DNA of 63,674 nucleotides from an uncultured Candidatus Saccharibacteria bacterium (GTDB lineage: Bacteria > Patescibacteriota > Saccharimonadia > Saccharimonadales > CAZPPF01). This document shows, piece after piece, positions 18,074-26,342 of the stretch. The notes under the pieces were generated by a model. It worked only from the letters and a program-made list of their open reading frames with translations. It did not search any database and had not been told where the DNA came from. Numbering within the stretch: position 1 is the stretch's first letter; the number at the start of each line of letters is the position of its first letter. Position numbers and translations under genes: made by a program. The DNA lies in assembly GCA_964588395.1 (NCBI GenBank), contig CAZPPF010000001.1, positions 6,656-70,329 on the forward strand. Reading direction: 5' to 3'.

Positions 18074-20592
18074 AGATTTCTCTGAATTGGACCAAGCAAA
18101 TTACCGATCTTGATTTATCGGGCATTGGCACGGATAAGCTGGTTGAGAAAATTGGCGCGCAGCTAGGAGCAGTTGATGAAGTTATTGAATGGGGCCCACG
18201 ATATGAAGGAATTGTAGTTGCAAAAGTAGTTTCGTGTGAGAAGCATCCTAATGCCGACAAACTCTCGTTCTGTTTGGTTGATGATGGCAATGTGACCAAG
18301 GACGTCAATCGTAATAGTGAAGGATTGATTGAAGTCGTTTGCGGGGCACCCAATGTGCATGCCGATATGCTGGCAGCTTGGATTCCACCAGGTGCGACCG
18401 TTCCAAGCTCACTTGGCAAAGACCCCTTTGTACTAGAAGCCCGTGAAATTCGTGGCAAGGTAAGTAATGGCATGTTAGCAAGTTTGAGTGAACTTGGTAT
18501 TAGTGAGGACCATAGTGGAATTTTGGAAATTAAGCCCGGTGATATTAGTGATGAATTAGCTAAGCCCGGTACACCTTTTAAGAAGCTCTTCAAGTTAGAC
18601 GATGTAGTTATTGACGTAGAAAACAAGATGTTTACGCATCGGCCTGATCTGTTTGGTGTTTTGGGCGATGCACGTGAGATAGCTGGCATCCAAGGACTGG
18701 CCTTCAAAAGTCCAGATTGGTACTTGAATGAGCCACAATTTCAATCAATTAACGAACTGCCACTGGAAGTTAGTATTGAAGATCATGAATTGACGCCACG
18801 CTTTACGGCGGTGGCAATGAAAGATGTCAAGGTTGGAGCAAGCCCCTTGTGGCTACAGGCTGCCTTAATACGTGTGGGGCTTAAACCCATTAACAATGTC
18901 GTTGATATAACTAACTTCGTAATGCACCTAACCGCACAGCCACTTCATGCCTATGACTACGATAAAGTTAAAGCTCGCAGTAGTGGCCCGCCAACACTAG
19001 TTGCTCGAAAAGCTAAAAAAGAAGAATCTATAGCGCTGCTCAACGGCAAAAGCATTAAAATAAGTGATCCTGCTATTGTTATTACCACCGATAAAGAAGT
19101 CGTTGGAATTGGTGGGGTTATGGGCGGAGCAGATACTGAAGTTGATGAAACTACCAAAAATATCATTCTGGAGTGTGCGAACTTCAATATGTACTCCATT
19201 CGTAAAACAGCCATGACGTACGGACTATTTACTGACGCAGTAACGCGCTTTACCAAAGGCCAGTCGGTTCTCCAAAACAACCGCGTGATTGCTTTGGCAA
19301 TGGAATATGTTCAGAAAATGACTGGTGGTAAGCAAGCCAGCGATGTAAAAGATGTACATCAAGATTTGCCTTCACTCAGCACAGTAAATGTTTCCAGCTC
19401 GTTTATTAATGAGCGATTAGGACTTAAGCTCTCACCAGAGGAAATGAAAAAGTTGCTTGAGAATGTGGAATTTAGCGTGAGTCAGGAACAAGAAAATCTC
19501 AAAGTCATCGCTCCGTTTTGGCGCACTGATATTGAAATCCCAGAAGACATTGTTGAGGAAGTTGGCCGCCTGTATGGCTACGACCATTTGCCACAGGAAT
19601 TGCCAAAGCGAACCATCACTCCAAGCCAACGAGACCCGTTACTGGATGCCAAAAGTAAGATCCGCGATGTTCTAGCTGATGGTGGTGCGAACGAAGTACT
19701 GACCTACAGTTTTGTACATAGCAACTTGCTTGAAAAGACAGGACAGAACAAAGATAACGCTTTTGAACTGAACAATGCCATCAGTCCAGACCTGCAATAT
19801 TACCGCATGAGTTTACTACCTAGCCTGCTTGATAAAGTCCATCCTAATATCAAAGCCGGCTATGGTGAATTTGCACTATTTGAAATTAACCAGGTTCACA
19901 ATAAAGACCTTATAGAAGACAAGTTGCCAATAGAGGAGTATCGAGTCGGGTTTGTTTTTGTAGCAGATGAAAAAGATGCCCAGAAATATAACGGAGCAGC
20001 CTACTACCAGGCTAAAAAATATCTAGAGAGAATACTTGATGTGTTTGGAGTACAACCAATCTATGAACAAGCTTTAGATGGACCCAAAATGGAAGTCGGC
20101 AAAGCAGCCATTGCGCCATTTGATAAAAATAGATCAGCCTATGTGCGTACACAGGATGGCAAACTGCTAGCCGAACTAGGTGAAATTAATGCATCGACGC
20201 GCCGAAACTTGAAACTGCCAAGGTATATTGCGGGTTTCGAACTAGATCTTGCGGAAGTATTAAAACAAGCCAAAGGGCAAACCTATACGCCGTTATCACG
20301 TTTTCCTAGCGTCGAACAGGATATCTCGCTCAAAGTGCCAAGTAGTGTGACATACCAAGATTTGCAACAAGTTCTCTGGGGCGCACTAGACCAAATTAAG
20401 CCGCAAGATACCTTTGCCAGCCTCAGCTCGCTCGATATTTTCCAAAGGGAAGGCGACGAAGATCATAAACAAATGGCTTTTCGGCTGACAATTGCTTCAT
20501 ACGAAAGAACGCTGCAATCCGAGGAAGTAAATAACTTACTCGATAAAGTTGCATCTATCGCAAAAGAAAAACTCACAGCCGAACGCTTGTAG
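18070..20592 (+). CDS. pheT: Phenylalanine--tRNA ligase beta subunit
   Basis: tRNA-binding OB domain (KHPNADKLSFCLVD..VVCGAPN), followed by B3/4, B5 and FDX-ACB-like regions; 840 aa. Confidence 0.95.
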   Translation: MKISLNWTKQITDLDLSGIGTDKLVEKIGAQLGAVDEVIEWGPRYEGIVVAKVVSCEKHPNADKLSFCLVDDGNVTKDVNRNSEGLIEVVCGAPNVHADMLAAWIPPGATVPSSLGKDPFVLEAREIRGKVSNGMLASLSELGISEDHSGILEIKPGDISDELAKPGTPFKKLFKLDDVVIDVENKMFTHRPDLFGVLGDAREIAGIQGLAFKSPDWYLNEPQFQSINELPLEVSIEDHELTPRFTAVAMKDVKVGASPLWLQAALIRVGLKPINNVVDITNFVMHLTAQPLHAYDYDKVKARSSGPPTLVARKAKKEESIALLNGKSIKISDPAIVITTDKEVVGIGGVMGGADTEVDETTKNIILECANFNMYSIRKTAMTYGLFTDAVTRFTKGQSVLQNNRVIALAMEYVQKMTGGKQASDVKDVHQDLPSLSTVNVSSSFINERLGLKLSPEEMKKLLENVEFSVSQEQENLKVIAPFWRTDIEIPEDIVEEVGRLYGYDHLPQELPKRTITPSQRDPLLDAKSKIRDVLADGGANEVLTYSFVHSNLLEKTGQNKDNAFELNNAISPDLQYYRMSLLPSLLDKVHPNIKAGYGEFALFEINQVHNKDLIEDKLPIEEYRVGFVFVADEKDAQKYNGAAYYQAKKYLERILDVFGVQPIYEQALDGPKMEVGKAAIAPFDKNRSAYVRTQDGKLLAELGEINASTRRNLKLPRYIAGFELDLAEVLKQAKGQTYTPLSRFPSVEQDISLKVPSSVTYQDLQQVLWGALDQIKPQDTFASLSSLDIFQREGDEDHKQMAFRLTIASYERTLQSEEVNNLLDKVASIAKEKLTAERL

Positions 20593-20626
20593 CCTACCTT
20601 ATAATGTATTGGGTAGGGAGGTGTGC

Positions 20627-21178
20627 ATGGTACGTGAGAGATATCCTGACAAACGAGAACGACGCGAAATGTTTAAGACCGCACAATCAGTGTCAGTACT
20701 GCTTCGTGAAACACGCGCGCATACTCGTCCACAAGGTCAACATGCACATAAAGGCATTGAAACCTATACACCCACACAGGCAAAACTTAGAGAAAAACAT
20801 TTTTTAGAAGTTTTAAGACACCGCGCTCCAGCATTACCACTCGTGGCTCTGGAGTTGGTTGAAGACACGGTTGAGAAACAATACAGAGATAATTTGCAAA
20901 TCATAGAGGCGCCTACAGTGGGCACGGTAGAAGAAGTGGATCTGGCTGCTGGGGCATTAACTTTTATCGCAACCGGTCTTGATCGTTTTGCCAGAACTAG
21001 CTTTGGCGGCAGAGAGCTCTATGCCTCGCCCGATGAAAATCTGCAGGTAGTTCGTGCCAGGTTCATGATATCGCGTATTGCTCTAGAAGATTCAGCCGCA
21101 TACAGGCGAGCGACGGCTCCGATTATTCAAGATCCAACGCTTTTTGACACTATTGACACGGTTGACCAACGGGAGTAA
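20627..21178 (+). CDS. Hypothetical protein (183 aa), no recognised motif
   Basis: GGGAGG lies 6-7 nt upstream of ATG 20627. The ORF-track start at 20549 would overlap pheT. The N-terminus is basic and the C-terminal half is Ala/Arg-rich. Confidence 0.5.
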   Translation: MVRERYPDKRERREMFKTAQSVSVLLRETRAHTRPQGQHAHKGIETYTPTQAKLREKHFLEVLRHRAPALPLVALELVEDTVEKQYRDNLQIIEAPTVGTVEEVDLAAGALTFIATGLDRFARTSFGGRELYASPDENLQVVRARFMISRIALEDSAAYRRATAPIIQDPTLFDTIDTVDQRE

Positions 21179-21228
21179 TATTGTTTCGCTTGGTTGAGCA
21201 CCGTGAGGTTTGACTCCCAAAGCGCACT

Positions 21229-21817
21229 TTGACAGGTGTAAATAGAGAATTTTAGACATGGACGATCATGCATGTACATTGAGAAAGTGTATAGGCTCGA
21301 TCGTCTATGTTATAGACAAAATCCTGATGCATGGTGCCCGGACGCTCGCGACGCGAGGTCAGTTCGAGAGTACAAAGGGGCGCAGCCGCCGCGAAAGTTG
21401 CGAAGCAGCGTTTCTTAGGTGCATCACGAGAGGAGAGAGTGCGAGTTCGCTCAGGTCAATTGCAACGACCTTCTGGCTTATATAGCAGTCTCCTTCTCGT
21501 TCGCTGAGCATACAATTGCTCACAGTTAGGCCCTGTAGGTTTGAAACTCTGTACGAGACGCGCAGTCTCCGCCCCAGCAGATTAGTAAAATCTACAGGGT
21601 CCCTTCGCGGGTCCCGTCGCTCCTGGTCACGAGACCTGCCCGCGTGGCTAGTCAGAGCGGCGGGACCTGCGTGTTCGTGCTGATGAGAATCAGCCACTTC
21701 CGTGGGGGAGAGGAGAGCGCGATGGTGCGGATGCTGAGGCTCAAGCCCTCCCAGCCGCCTGCCTTGGCATCCCCATCCACTCTTCTCCCCCCACGTCCAT
21801 CTATTTAAACCTGTCAA
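21229..21817. other. GC-rich, helix-rich non-coding island bounded by imperfect inverted repeats (candidate large structured RNA or MITE-like element)
   Basis: IR-L TTGACAGGTGTAAATAGA..TGGACG (21229-21264) matches the reverse complement of 21794-21817 (TTGACAGGTTTAAATAGATGGACG). Hand counts give 43/60 and 38/60 G+C at 21601-21660 and 21661-21720, against 22/60 at 21241-21300. Several long helices are listed under findings. The only long ORF is not protein-like. Confidence 0.6.
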
Positions 21818-21875
21818 TTTCTCCACTATTGCATGACACAGTTCGTGCCATGATGGAGAAACCAATTGAGCAGGC

Positions 21876-21895
21876 AAGCTTAACATGTTAAGCTT
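21876..21895. promoter_or_regulatory. Perfect 20-bp palindrome AAGCTTAACATGTTAAGCTT upstream of the ABC transporter gene
   Basis: The sequence equals its own reverse complement. It abuts TATAGT (21895-21900) and the ATG at 21904. Confidence 0.4.
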
Positions 21896-21903
21896 ATAGT
21901 GAT

Positions 21904-23682
21904 ATGAAGCATATTTGGAGAATTCTTAAATTTACTAAGGAGCTATGGCCGTACTACGTTAGCATCTCCATTTTCACCATTATTTTAGCTGGCATGAGTC
22001 AGCTGCAGCCCTTATTTACCAAGGGCGCGATTGACCAAATTACCAACCATCTAAGCGGTGGCAATGTAAACGTTAAGTTAGTAGCCACATTCGCGGTTCT
22101 GATATTTTTGACCGATCTCGGACAAACAATATTTAGCAACATTGGAGGCTATTTAGGCGATATATTGGCTGCCAAACTGCGCCAAAGCTTGAGCTCACGC
22201 TATTACGAGCATCTACTCAGCCTGCCTCAGCAATATTTCGACACAGAGCTATCAGGCAAAATTATTAACCGTCTTAGTCGTGGTATCAATCAGATTAGTG
22301 ATTTTATTCAGATGTTCTCTAACAACTTTATGCAGTTTATTTTTAGTACCGTCTTTTCGCTAATTATTGTAGCTATATATTCCTGGCAAGTGGCGCTTAT
22401 GCTGTTTTTGTTATACCCAGTTTTTATATGGATGACAGCCAAGAGTAGCGGCAAGTGGCAAGATTACCAGCATGAAATAAATGACAATCTCGACATTGCC
22501 AGCGGTCGTTTTACCGAAAGCGTGGGACAAGTAAAAGTAGTAAAAAGCTTTATTCAAGAAATCCGTGAACTGAAATTTTTTGATCGTCATATCAATAAGG
22601 CAACTGAAACCACTAAGCCACAGAGTAAATATTGGCATTGGCGCGATGTGCGGCGTCGGGTGGTGCTGAACTTCATTTTTCTAGCGGTCTTTGTGTATAT
22701 CTTTGTCGAAGCTGCTCGCGGCGTCTACACCATCGGCGAGATGGTCTTGCTTATCCAATATGCCGCGCTTATTCGCTTACCAATCTTTAGCATCAGTTTT
22801 TTGGTCGATCGGACGCAGCGAGCCATTGCCGATAGTAAAGATTACTTTGAAGCCCTCGACACCCTACCGGAAATCGCTGACAAACCTGGAGCCGTGCGGC
22901 TTGAGGTAAAACAAGGCGAAATTGTCTATCAGAATGTGAGCTTCAGTTACGACCATGAAGAGGTACTCAAGAATCTGAGTTTTCGAATTGAACCCGGCAG
23001 TAAAATTGCGCTGGTTGGGGAAAGTGGCGAGGGCAAAACGACTATCACAAACCTCCTCATGCGCTTATACGAACCAAAAGCTGGCACAATTATGATTGAC
23101 GGCATTGATGTGAATGAAGTTACTCAAACCAGCTTGCGTCAAAATATTGGTGTGGTATTCCAGGACCCAGCCCTCTTTAGTGGCACAATTTTTGAAAACA
23201 TCTCCTACGCCAATCCAAAAGCTTCCAAACAGGAAGTTGAGGAGGTAGCTAAAGCTGCCAATGCGCATGAGTTTATCAAAGGGTTTGAAAAGGGCTATCA
23301 AACTGAGATTGGTGAGCGAGGGCTCAAGCTCAGCGGTGGCCAGAAGCAACGAATTGCTATTGCCCGCGCACTGCTAAAAAACGCTCCCATTCTGGTCTTG
23401 GATGAGGCCACCAGCAGCCTTGATAGTAAGAGCGAAGTCATGGTTCAGGAAGCACTGGAGCGGCTCATGAAAGGCCGCACTACCATTATCATTGCGCACC
23501 GGTTAAGCACCATCCAACACGTTGACCAAATCATAACGCTTACGGGCGGTAAGGTTGATGAAATAGGTACTCCAGATACATTGTCCAAAACTGGCGGCAT
23601 TTATGACCAACTACTTAAACTGCAGCGTCGCCACACCGAAGCCAACGACGAAAAGCTTAAAGAATTTGAAATTGCTGCGTAG
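21904..23682 (+). CDS. ABC transporter, fused permease/ATPase (type 1 exporter, MsbA-like)
   Basis: Six-TM N-terminal domain, Walker A GESGEGKTT, signature LSGGQKQR and Walker B ILVLDEATS. Confidence 0.9.
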   Translation: MKHIWRILKFTKELWPYYVSISIFTIILAGMSQLQPLFTKGAIDQITNHLSGGNVNVKLVATFAVLIFLTDLGQTIFSNIGGYLGDILAAKLRQSLSSRYYEHLLSLPQQYFDTELSGKIINRLSRGINQISDFIQMFSNNFMQFIFSTVFSLIIVAIYSWQVALMLFLLYPVFIWMTAKSSGKWQDYQHEINDNLDIASGRFTESVGQVKVVKSFIQEIRELKFFDRHINKATETTKPQSKYWHWRDVRRRVVLNFIFLAVFVYIFVEAARGVYTIGEMVLLIQYAALIRLPIFSISFLVDRTQRAIADSKDYFEALDTLPEIADKPGAVRLEVKQGEIVYQNVSFSYDHEEVLKNLSFRIEPGSKIALVGESGEGKTTITNLLMRLYEPKAGTIMIDGIDVNEVTQTSLRQNIGVVFQDPALFSGTIFENISYANPKASKQEVEEVAKAANAHEFIKGFEKGYQTEIGERGLKLSGGQKQRIAIARALLKNAPILVLDEATSSLDSKSEVMVQEALERLMKGRTTIIIAHRLSTIQHVDQIITLTGGKVDEIGTPDTLSKTGGIYDQLLKLQRRHTEANDEKLKEFEIAA

Positions 23683-23688
23683 TATACT
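23683..23688 (+). promoter_or_regulatory. -10 box TATACT placed for a leaderless NUDIX mRNA
   Basis: The box ends at 23688 and the ATG begins at 23695, a 7-nt offset. Confidence 0.45.
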
Positions 23689-23694
23689 GGAATC

Positions 23695-24189
23695 ATGAGA
23701 AAAGCTGTTAGAACTATTGTGATTCGGGGCGACAAAATGCTTGCTATGAAACGTAACAAGTTTGGTAGTGAATACTACACATTAGTGGGCGGCAAAATTG
23801 ACCTCGGCGAAACGCCGGAGCAGGCCATAGTCCGTGAGGTCAAAGAAGAAACACAGCTAGATCTAATTAACCCTAGGCTCGTTTTTATTGAACATGCCGG
23901 AGATCCATTTGGCACCCAGTATATTTATTTGGCTGATATAGCAGCCGATGGCGAGCCGCAGCTTGATCCAGGTTCAGTAGAGAAAAGTATCGATGCCATG
24001 GGGCAAAACCGTTATGACCCGCAGTGGGTACAACTTTCCGACCTGCCCAAGCTGCCGTTTCGTTCTGAGACATTGAAACAATCACTACTCGAGGCCATTG
24101 GTTCGGGTTTCCCGGGCGAACCAAAAACTATTATTCCGACTGAGGATATACGTTATACTAGTGAAGTCAAAAAGGAAGTCAAAAGTTAA
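23695..24189 (+). CDS. NUDIX hydrolase
   Basis: Nudix box GGKIDLGETPEQAIVREVKEETQL. Confidence 0.85.
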   Translation: MRKAVRTIVIRGDKMLAMKRNKFGSEYYTLVGGKIDLGETPEQAIVREVKEETQLDLINPRLVFIEHAGDPFGTQYIYLADIAADGEPQLDPGSVEKSIDAMGQNRYDPQWVQLSDLPKLPFRSETLKQSLLEAIGSGFPGEPKTIIPTEDIRYTSEVKKEVKS

Positions 24190-24198
24190 GGAGGGCGT

Positions 24199-24756
24199 AT
24201 GGCCTGGCACCACCGAGCCGCAGCTGGCATCGGCGCATTGTTATTTCTAGTCACATCGGTTGCATTAACGGTCACAGTTTTGTGGTCGACACATCAGCAA
24301 AGCGAACAAAATAAGATTAATACTGGTTTGCAAGAAGCGCTCAAGCAGCAGCAGGCTCAGAAGCAAACACCACAGGAGGGTAAATTGCAAGGTACACAAC
24401 TTTCCGGTTTTACACCGGTTGCAAAGATCGACTCATTACAAAAAATTGATACGACTCCCGGTACGGGCGACACCGTAAAATCTGGAGATACCGTAACGGT
24501 ACATTACACGGGAGCTGTAGCTGCCACTGGTGTAATCTTTCAAAGTTCTAAAGACACAGGCCAGCCTGTTTCATTTGGGCTTGACCAAGTTATTAAAGGT
24601 TGGACAGAAGGTGTGCCTGGTATGAAAGTCGGTGGCACTCGTCGTTTAATGATTCCAGCTGCCCTAGCCTATGGGGCTAGTCCACCAAGTGGCTCTGGAA
24701 TTCCCGCAAATGCCGATTTAGTGTTCGATATCGAACTGATTAAGATTGGCAAATAG
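24199..24756 (+). CDS. FKBP-type peptidyl-prolyl cis-trans isomerase, membrane-anchored
   Basis: N-terminal TM helix followed by [45 protein letters not shown]. Confidence 0.9.
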   Translation: MAWHHRAAAGIGALLFLVTSVALTVTVLWSTHQQSEQNKINTGLQEALKQQQAQKQTPQEGKLQGTQLSGFTPVAKIDSLQKIDTTPGTGDTVKSGDTVTVHYTGAVAATGVIFQSSKDTGQPVSFGLDQVIKGWTEGVPGMKVGGTRRLMIPAALAYGASPPSGSGIPANADLVFDIELIKIGK

Positions 24757-24829
24757 TTTACGCTTAATAGTGACCCACTAGGGTCAAAATTGGGTAAAAA
24801 TAGTGTAAAAAACACTATATATAGGGGTA

Positions 24830-24858
24830 TTGACGAACCACCCCACACTATCTATACT
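24830..24858 (+). promoter_or_regulatory. Sigma70-like promoter: TTGACG, 17 nt, TATACT
   Basis: TTGACG at 24830-24835, an exact 17-nt spacer, then TATACT at 24853-24858. A ~60-nt leader with AAGGAGGG precedes ATG 24922. Confidence 0.6.
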
Positions 24859-24921
24859 GTATCTACAAGCAACAGTTAACATAAAAAACCTCACAAAAAA
24901 TCATTACATAAGGAGGGTTCG

Positions 24922-25170
24922 ATGCCGAAAAATATCACTATCTTCACGACCAACACTTGCGCTTACTGCGGCATGGTAAAGCGATGGCTTGGTGCCAAGG
25001 GCTATAGCTATGAAGAGGTCAATTTGGACGAACACCCCGAACGACAGCAAGAAGCACTTCAGGTTAGTGGACAGCTGGCTGTGCCTGTAACTGTCGTTAC
25101 TAAGCAAGACGACTCCCAGCAAGTAGTTGTCGGTTTTAACCTAGCTCAGCTCGCACCAGCAGTCAGCTAA
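24922..25170 (+). CDS. Glutaredoxin-like protein (NrdH/YruB-type)
   Basis: 82 aa with a CAYC redox motif near the N-terminus and a thioredoxin fold pattern (..VPVTVV..). Confidence 0.8.
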   Translation: MPKNITIFTTNTCAYCGMVKRWLGAKGYSYEEVNLDEHPERQQEALQVSGQLAVPVTVVTKQDDSQQVVVGFNLAQLAPAVS

Positions 25171-25178
25171 GGTTCTTG

Positions 25179-25281
25179 GTGGCACAGTGCCTTTTCTTCT
25201 CAGCACTGTCCTCGCTCCAGATGTGATTGGTATATCACATCTTGGCTGTGGAGGTGCCTCGAAGTAAACGCACTGTGCCAC
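25179..25281 (+). other. Structured intercistronic spacer: a 12-bp closing helix around two hairpins
   Basis: GTGGCACAGTGC (25179-25190) pairs with GCACTGTGCCAC (25270-25281). GATGTGAT (25220-25227) pairs with ATCACATC (25234-25241). ACAGTGC (25184-25190) can alternatively pair with GCACTGT (25203-25209). Confidence 0.5.
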
Positions 25282-25319
25282 GGAGCATCAAAAACAGATC
25301 TGATAAAATAGGGAGACAT

Positions 25320-26306
25320 ATGGCTGAGGAAACGAAAACAGACGACAAACTGTGGGATGTGATTATGATTGGGGCCGGACCAGCTAGTTTAAGTGCGGCC
25401 ATTTATACGACACGTGAAGATCTAAAGACGTTGGTGTTTGAAAAAGGTGCCATTGGTGGCTTGGCGTCCGTTACGGACTGGATTGATAATTATCCTGGCT
25501 TTCCGAAGGGCATTGCCGGGCTGGAGCTAGGTGATGCACTGTGGCAACAAGCCGAACGTTTTGGAACTGAGCTGGAGCTAGGGGAAGTTACCGAAATCAT
25601 AGACGAGGGCAAGCTCAAGCGGCTCAAAACCACTAGCGGCGACTTTGTGGCCAAGGCTGTGCTAATTGGTACGGGCAGTGATTATAAAAAGATCGGGGCG
25701 CCGGGAGAGAAAGAATACTATGCTCGTGGTGTACACTACTGTGCCACCTGTGACGGAGCCTTTTACCGCGACCGCCGGTTAGTAACTGTGGGGGGCGGTA
25801 ATTCGGCTGTTCAGGAATCTTTGTTTCTAACCAAGTTTGCCAGCCACATAGACTTATTAGTGCGCAGTAAACTAACGGCCAGTGATGTTTTGTTACACGA
25901 ACTCGAAAAGAACGACAAAATTACAGTGCATTTGGGCGTAACCACTGATGAAATTGTCGGTAAAGACAACATGGTTACTGAGGTTATCGGTACTGATAAA
26001 GCAACAGGCAAAAAAGTTGAGTTCGAAACAGACGGTGTATTTGTGTTTGTGGGCCTAAGTCCTAATACGGCGTTTCTAAAAAACAGTAAGATTGAGCTAG
26101 ACGCGATCGGCTTTGTGAAGACTAACCAGCATCTAGAGACGAGCATGTCAGGAGTGTTTGCTGCTGGTGATGTGCGCAGTGGCGCCACCATGCAGATTGC
26201 TAGTGCCAGTGGCGAAGGTGCCACAGCTGCAATGATGATTCGTCAGCACCTAGAAGGCCACATGTTGGCACCGGAGCCAGCTATGGCCGCCGTGATGACT
26301 AAATAG
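25320..26306 (+). CDS. trxB: Thioredoxin-disulfide reductase
   Basis: GAGPASLSAAIY FAD site, CATCDG redox centre, GGGNSA NADPH site and GVFAAGD. I chose the start at ATG 25320, which is preceded by GGGAG. Confidence 0.9.
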   Translation: MAEETKTDDKLWDVIMIGAGPASLSAAIYTTREDLKTLVFEKGAIGGLASVTDWIDNYPGFPKGIAGLELGDALWQQAERFGTELELGEVTEIIDEGKLKRLKTTSGDFVAKAVLIGTGSDYKKIGAPGEKEYYARGVHYCATCDGAFYRDRRLVTVGGGNSAVQESLFLTKFASHIDLLVRSKLTASDVLLHELEKNDKITVHLGVTTDEIVGKDNMVTEVIGTDKATGKKVEFETDGVFVFVGLSPNTAFLKNSKIELDAIGFVKTNQHLETSMSGVFAAGDVRSGATMQIASASGEGATAAMMIRQHLEGHMLAPEPAMAAVMTK

Positions 26307-26342
26307 GGCGGCTTCGCCTTATGGGGGGAGAGTATCTCGCCT

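Noticed and set aside
17895-18707. 270-aa minus-strand ORF.
   Set aside because: It is antisense to the NDT-like gene and the start of pheT. It is Ser/Pro/Leu-rich shadow sequence with no motif. The plus-strand genes have unambiguous family signatures.
21680-21687. CTGATGAG, the hammerhead ribozyme core box.
   Set aside because: The CTGAT is consumed by a simple GCTGAT-GAGA-ATCAGC hairpin. No GAAA box or three-way junction with a cleavage-site triplet follows.
21334-21800. Assignment of the island to RNase P RNA, tmRNA or SRP RNA.
   Set aside because: On both strands I looked for GAGGAAAGTCC and ACAGAA-N-CCGGCTTA (RNase P). I also looked for a GGGG..TTCGAC 5' end with a T-arm plus a (T)CCACCA 3' end and an ..ALAA-type tag frame (tmRNA). 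Finally I looked for the GGAA-tetraloop/GGAAGCAGCC domain IV (SRP). I found only short partial resemblances: GGCTTAT at 21475, GAAGCAGC at 21402 and GGGCACCA on the minus strand. This is not enough for a call, and a covariance-model search is still needed.
21359-21886. 175-aa minus-strand ORF covering the GC-rich island.
   Set aside because: The translation is Arg/His/Gly/Pro-rich, has no hydrophobic core pattern and shows no motif. The ORF coincides with a region packed with complementary helices. I treat it as a by-product of GC-rich non-coding sequence.
24771-24786. TGACCC-ACTA-GGGTCA as the rho-independent terminator of the FKBP gene.
   Set aside because: The 6-bp stem is followed by AAAATTGGG rather than a T-tract. 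I kept it only as part of the candidate operator array.
25227-25319. N-terminal extensions proposed by the ORF track. Examples are trxB from 25227, the 20549 start, rpiB from 29739, uvrB from 37575, pilB from 50533 and yajQ to 16604.
   Set aside because: The extensions overlap upstream genes or structured spacers, and the added residues lack homology. Internal ATGs coincide with canonical family N-termini and with an SD sequence or a leaderless -10 signal.
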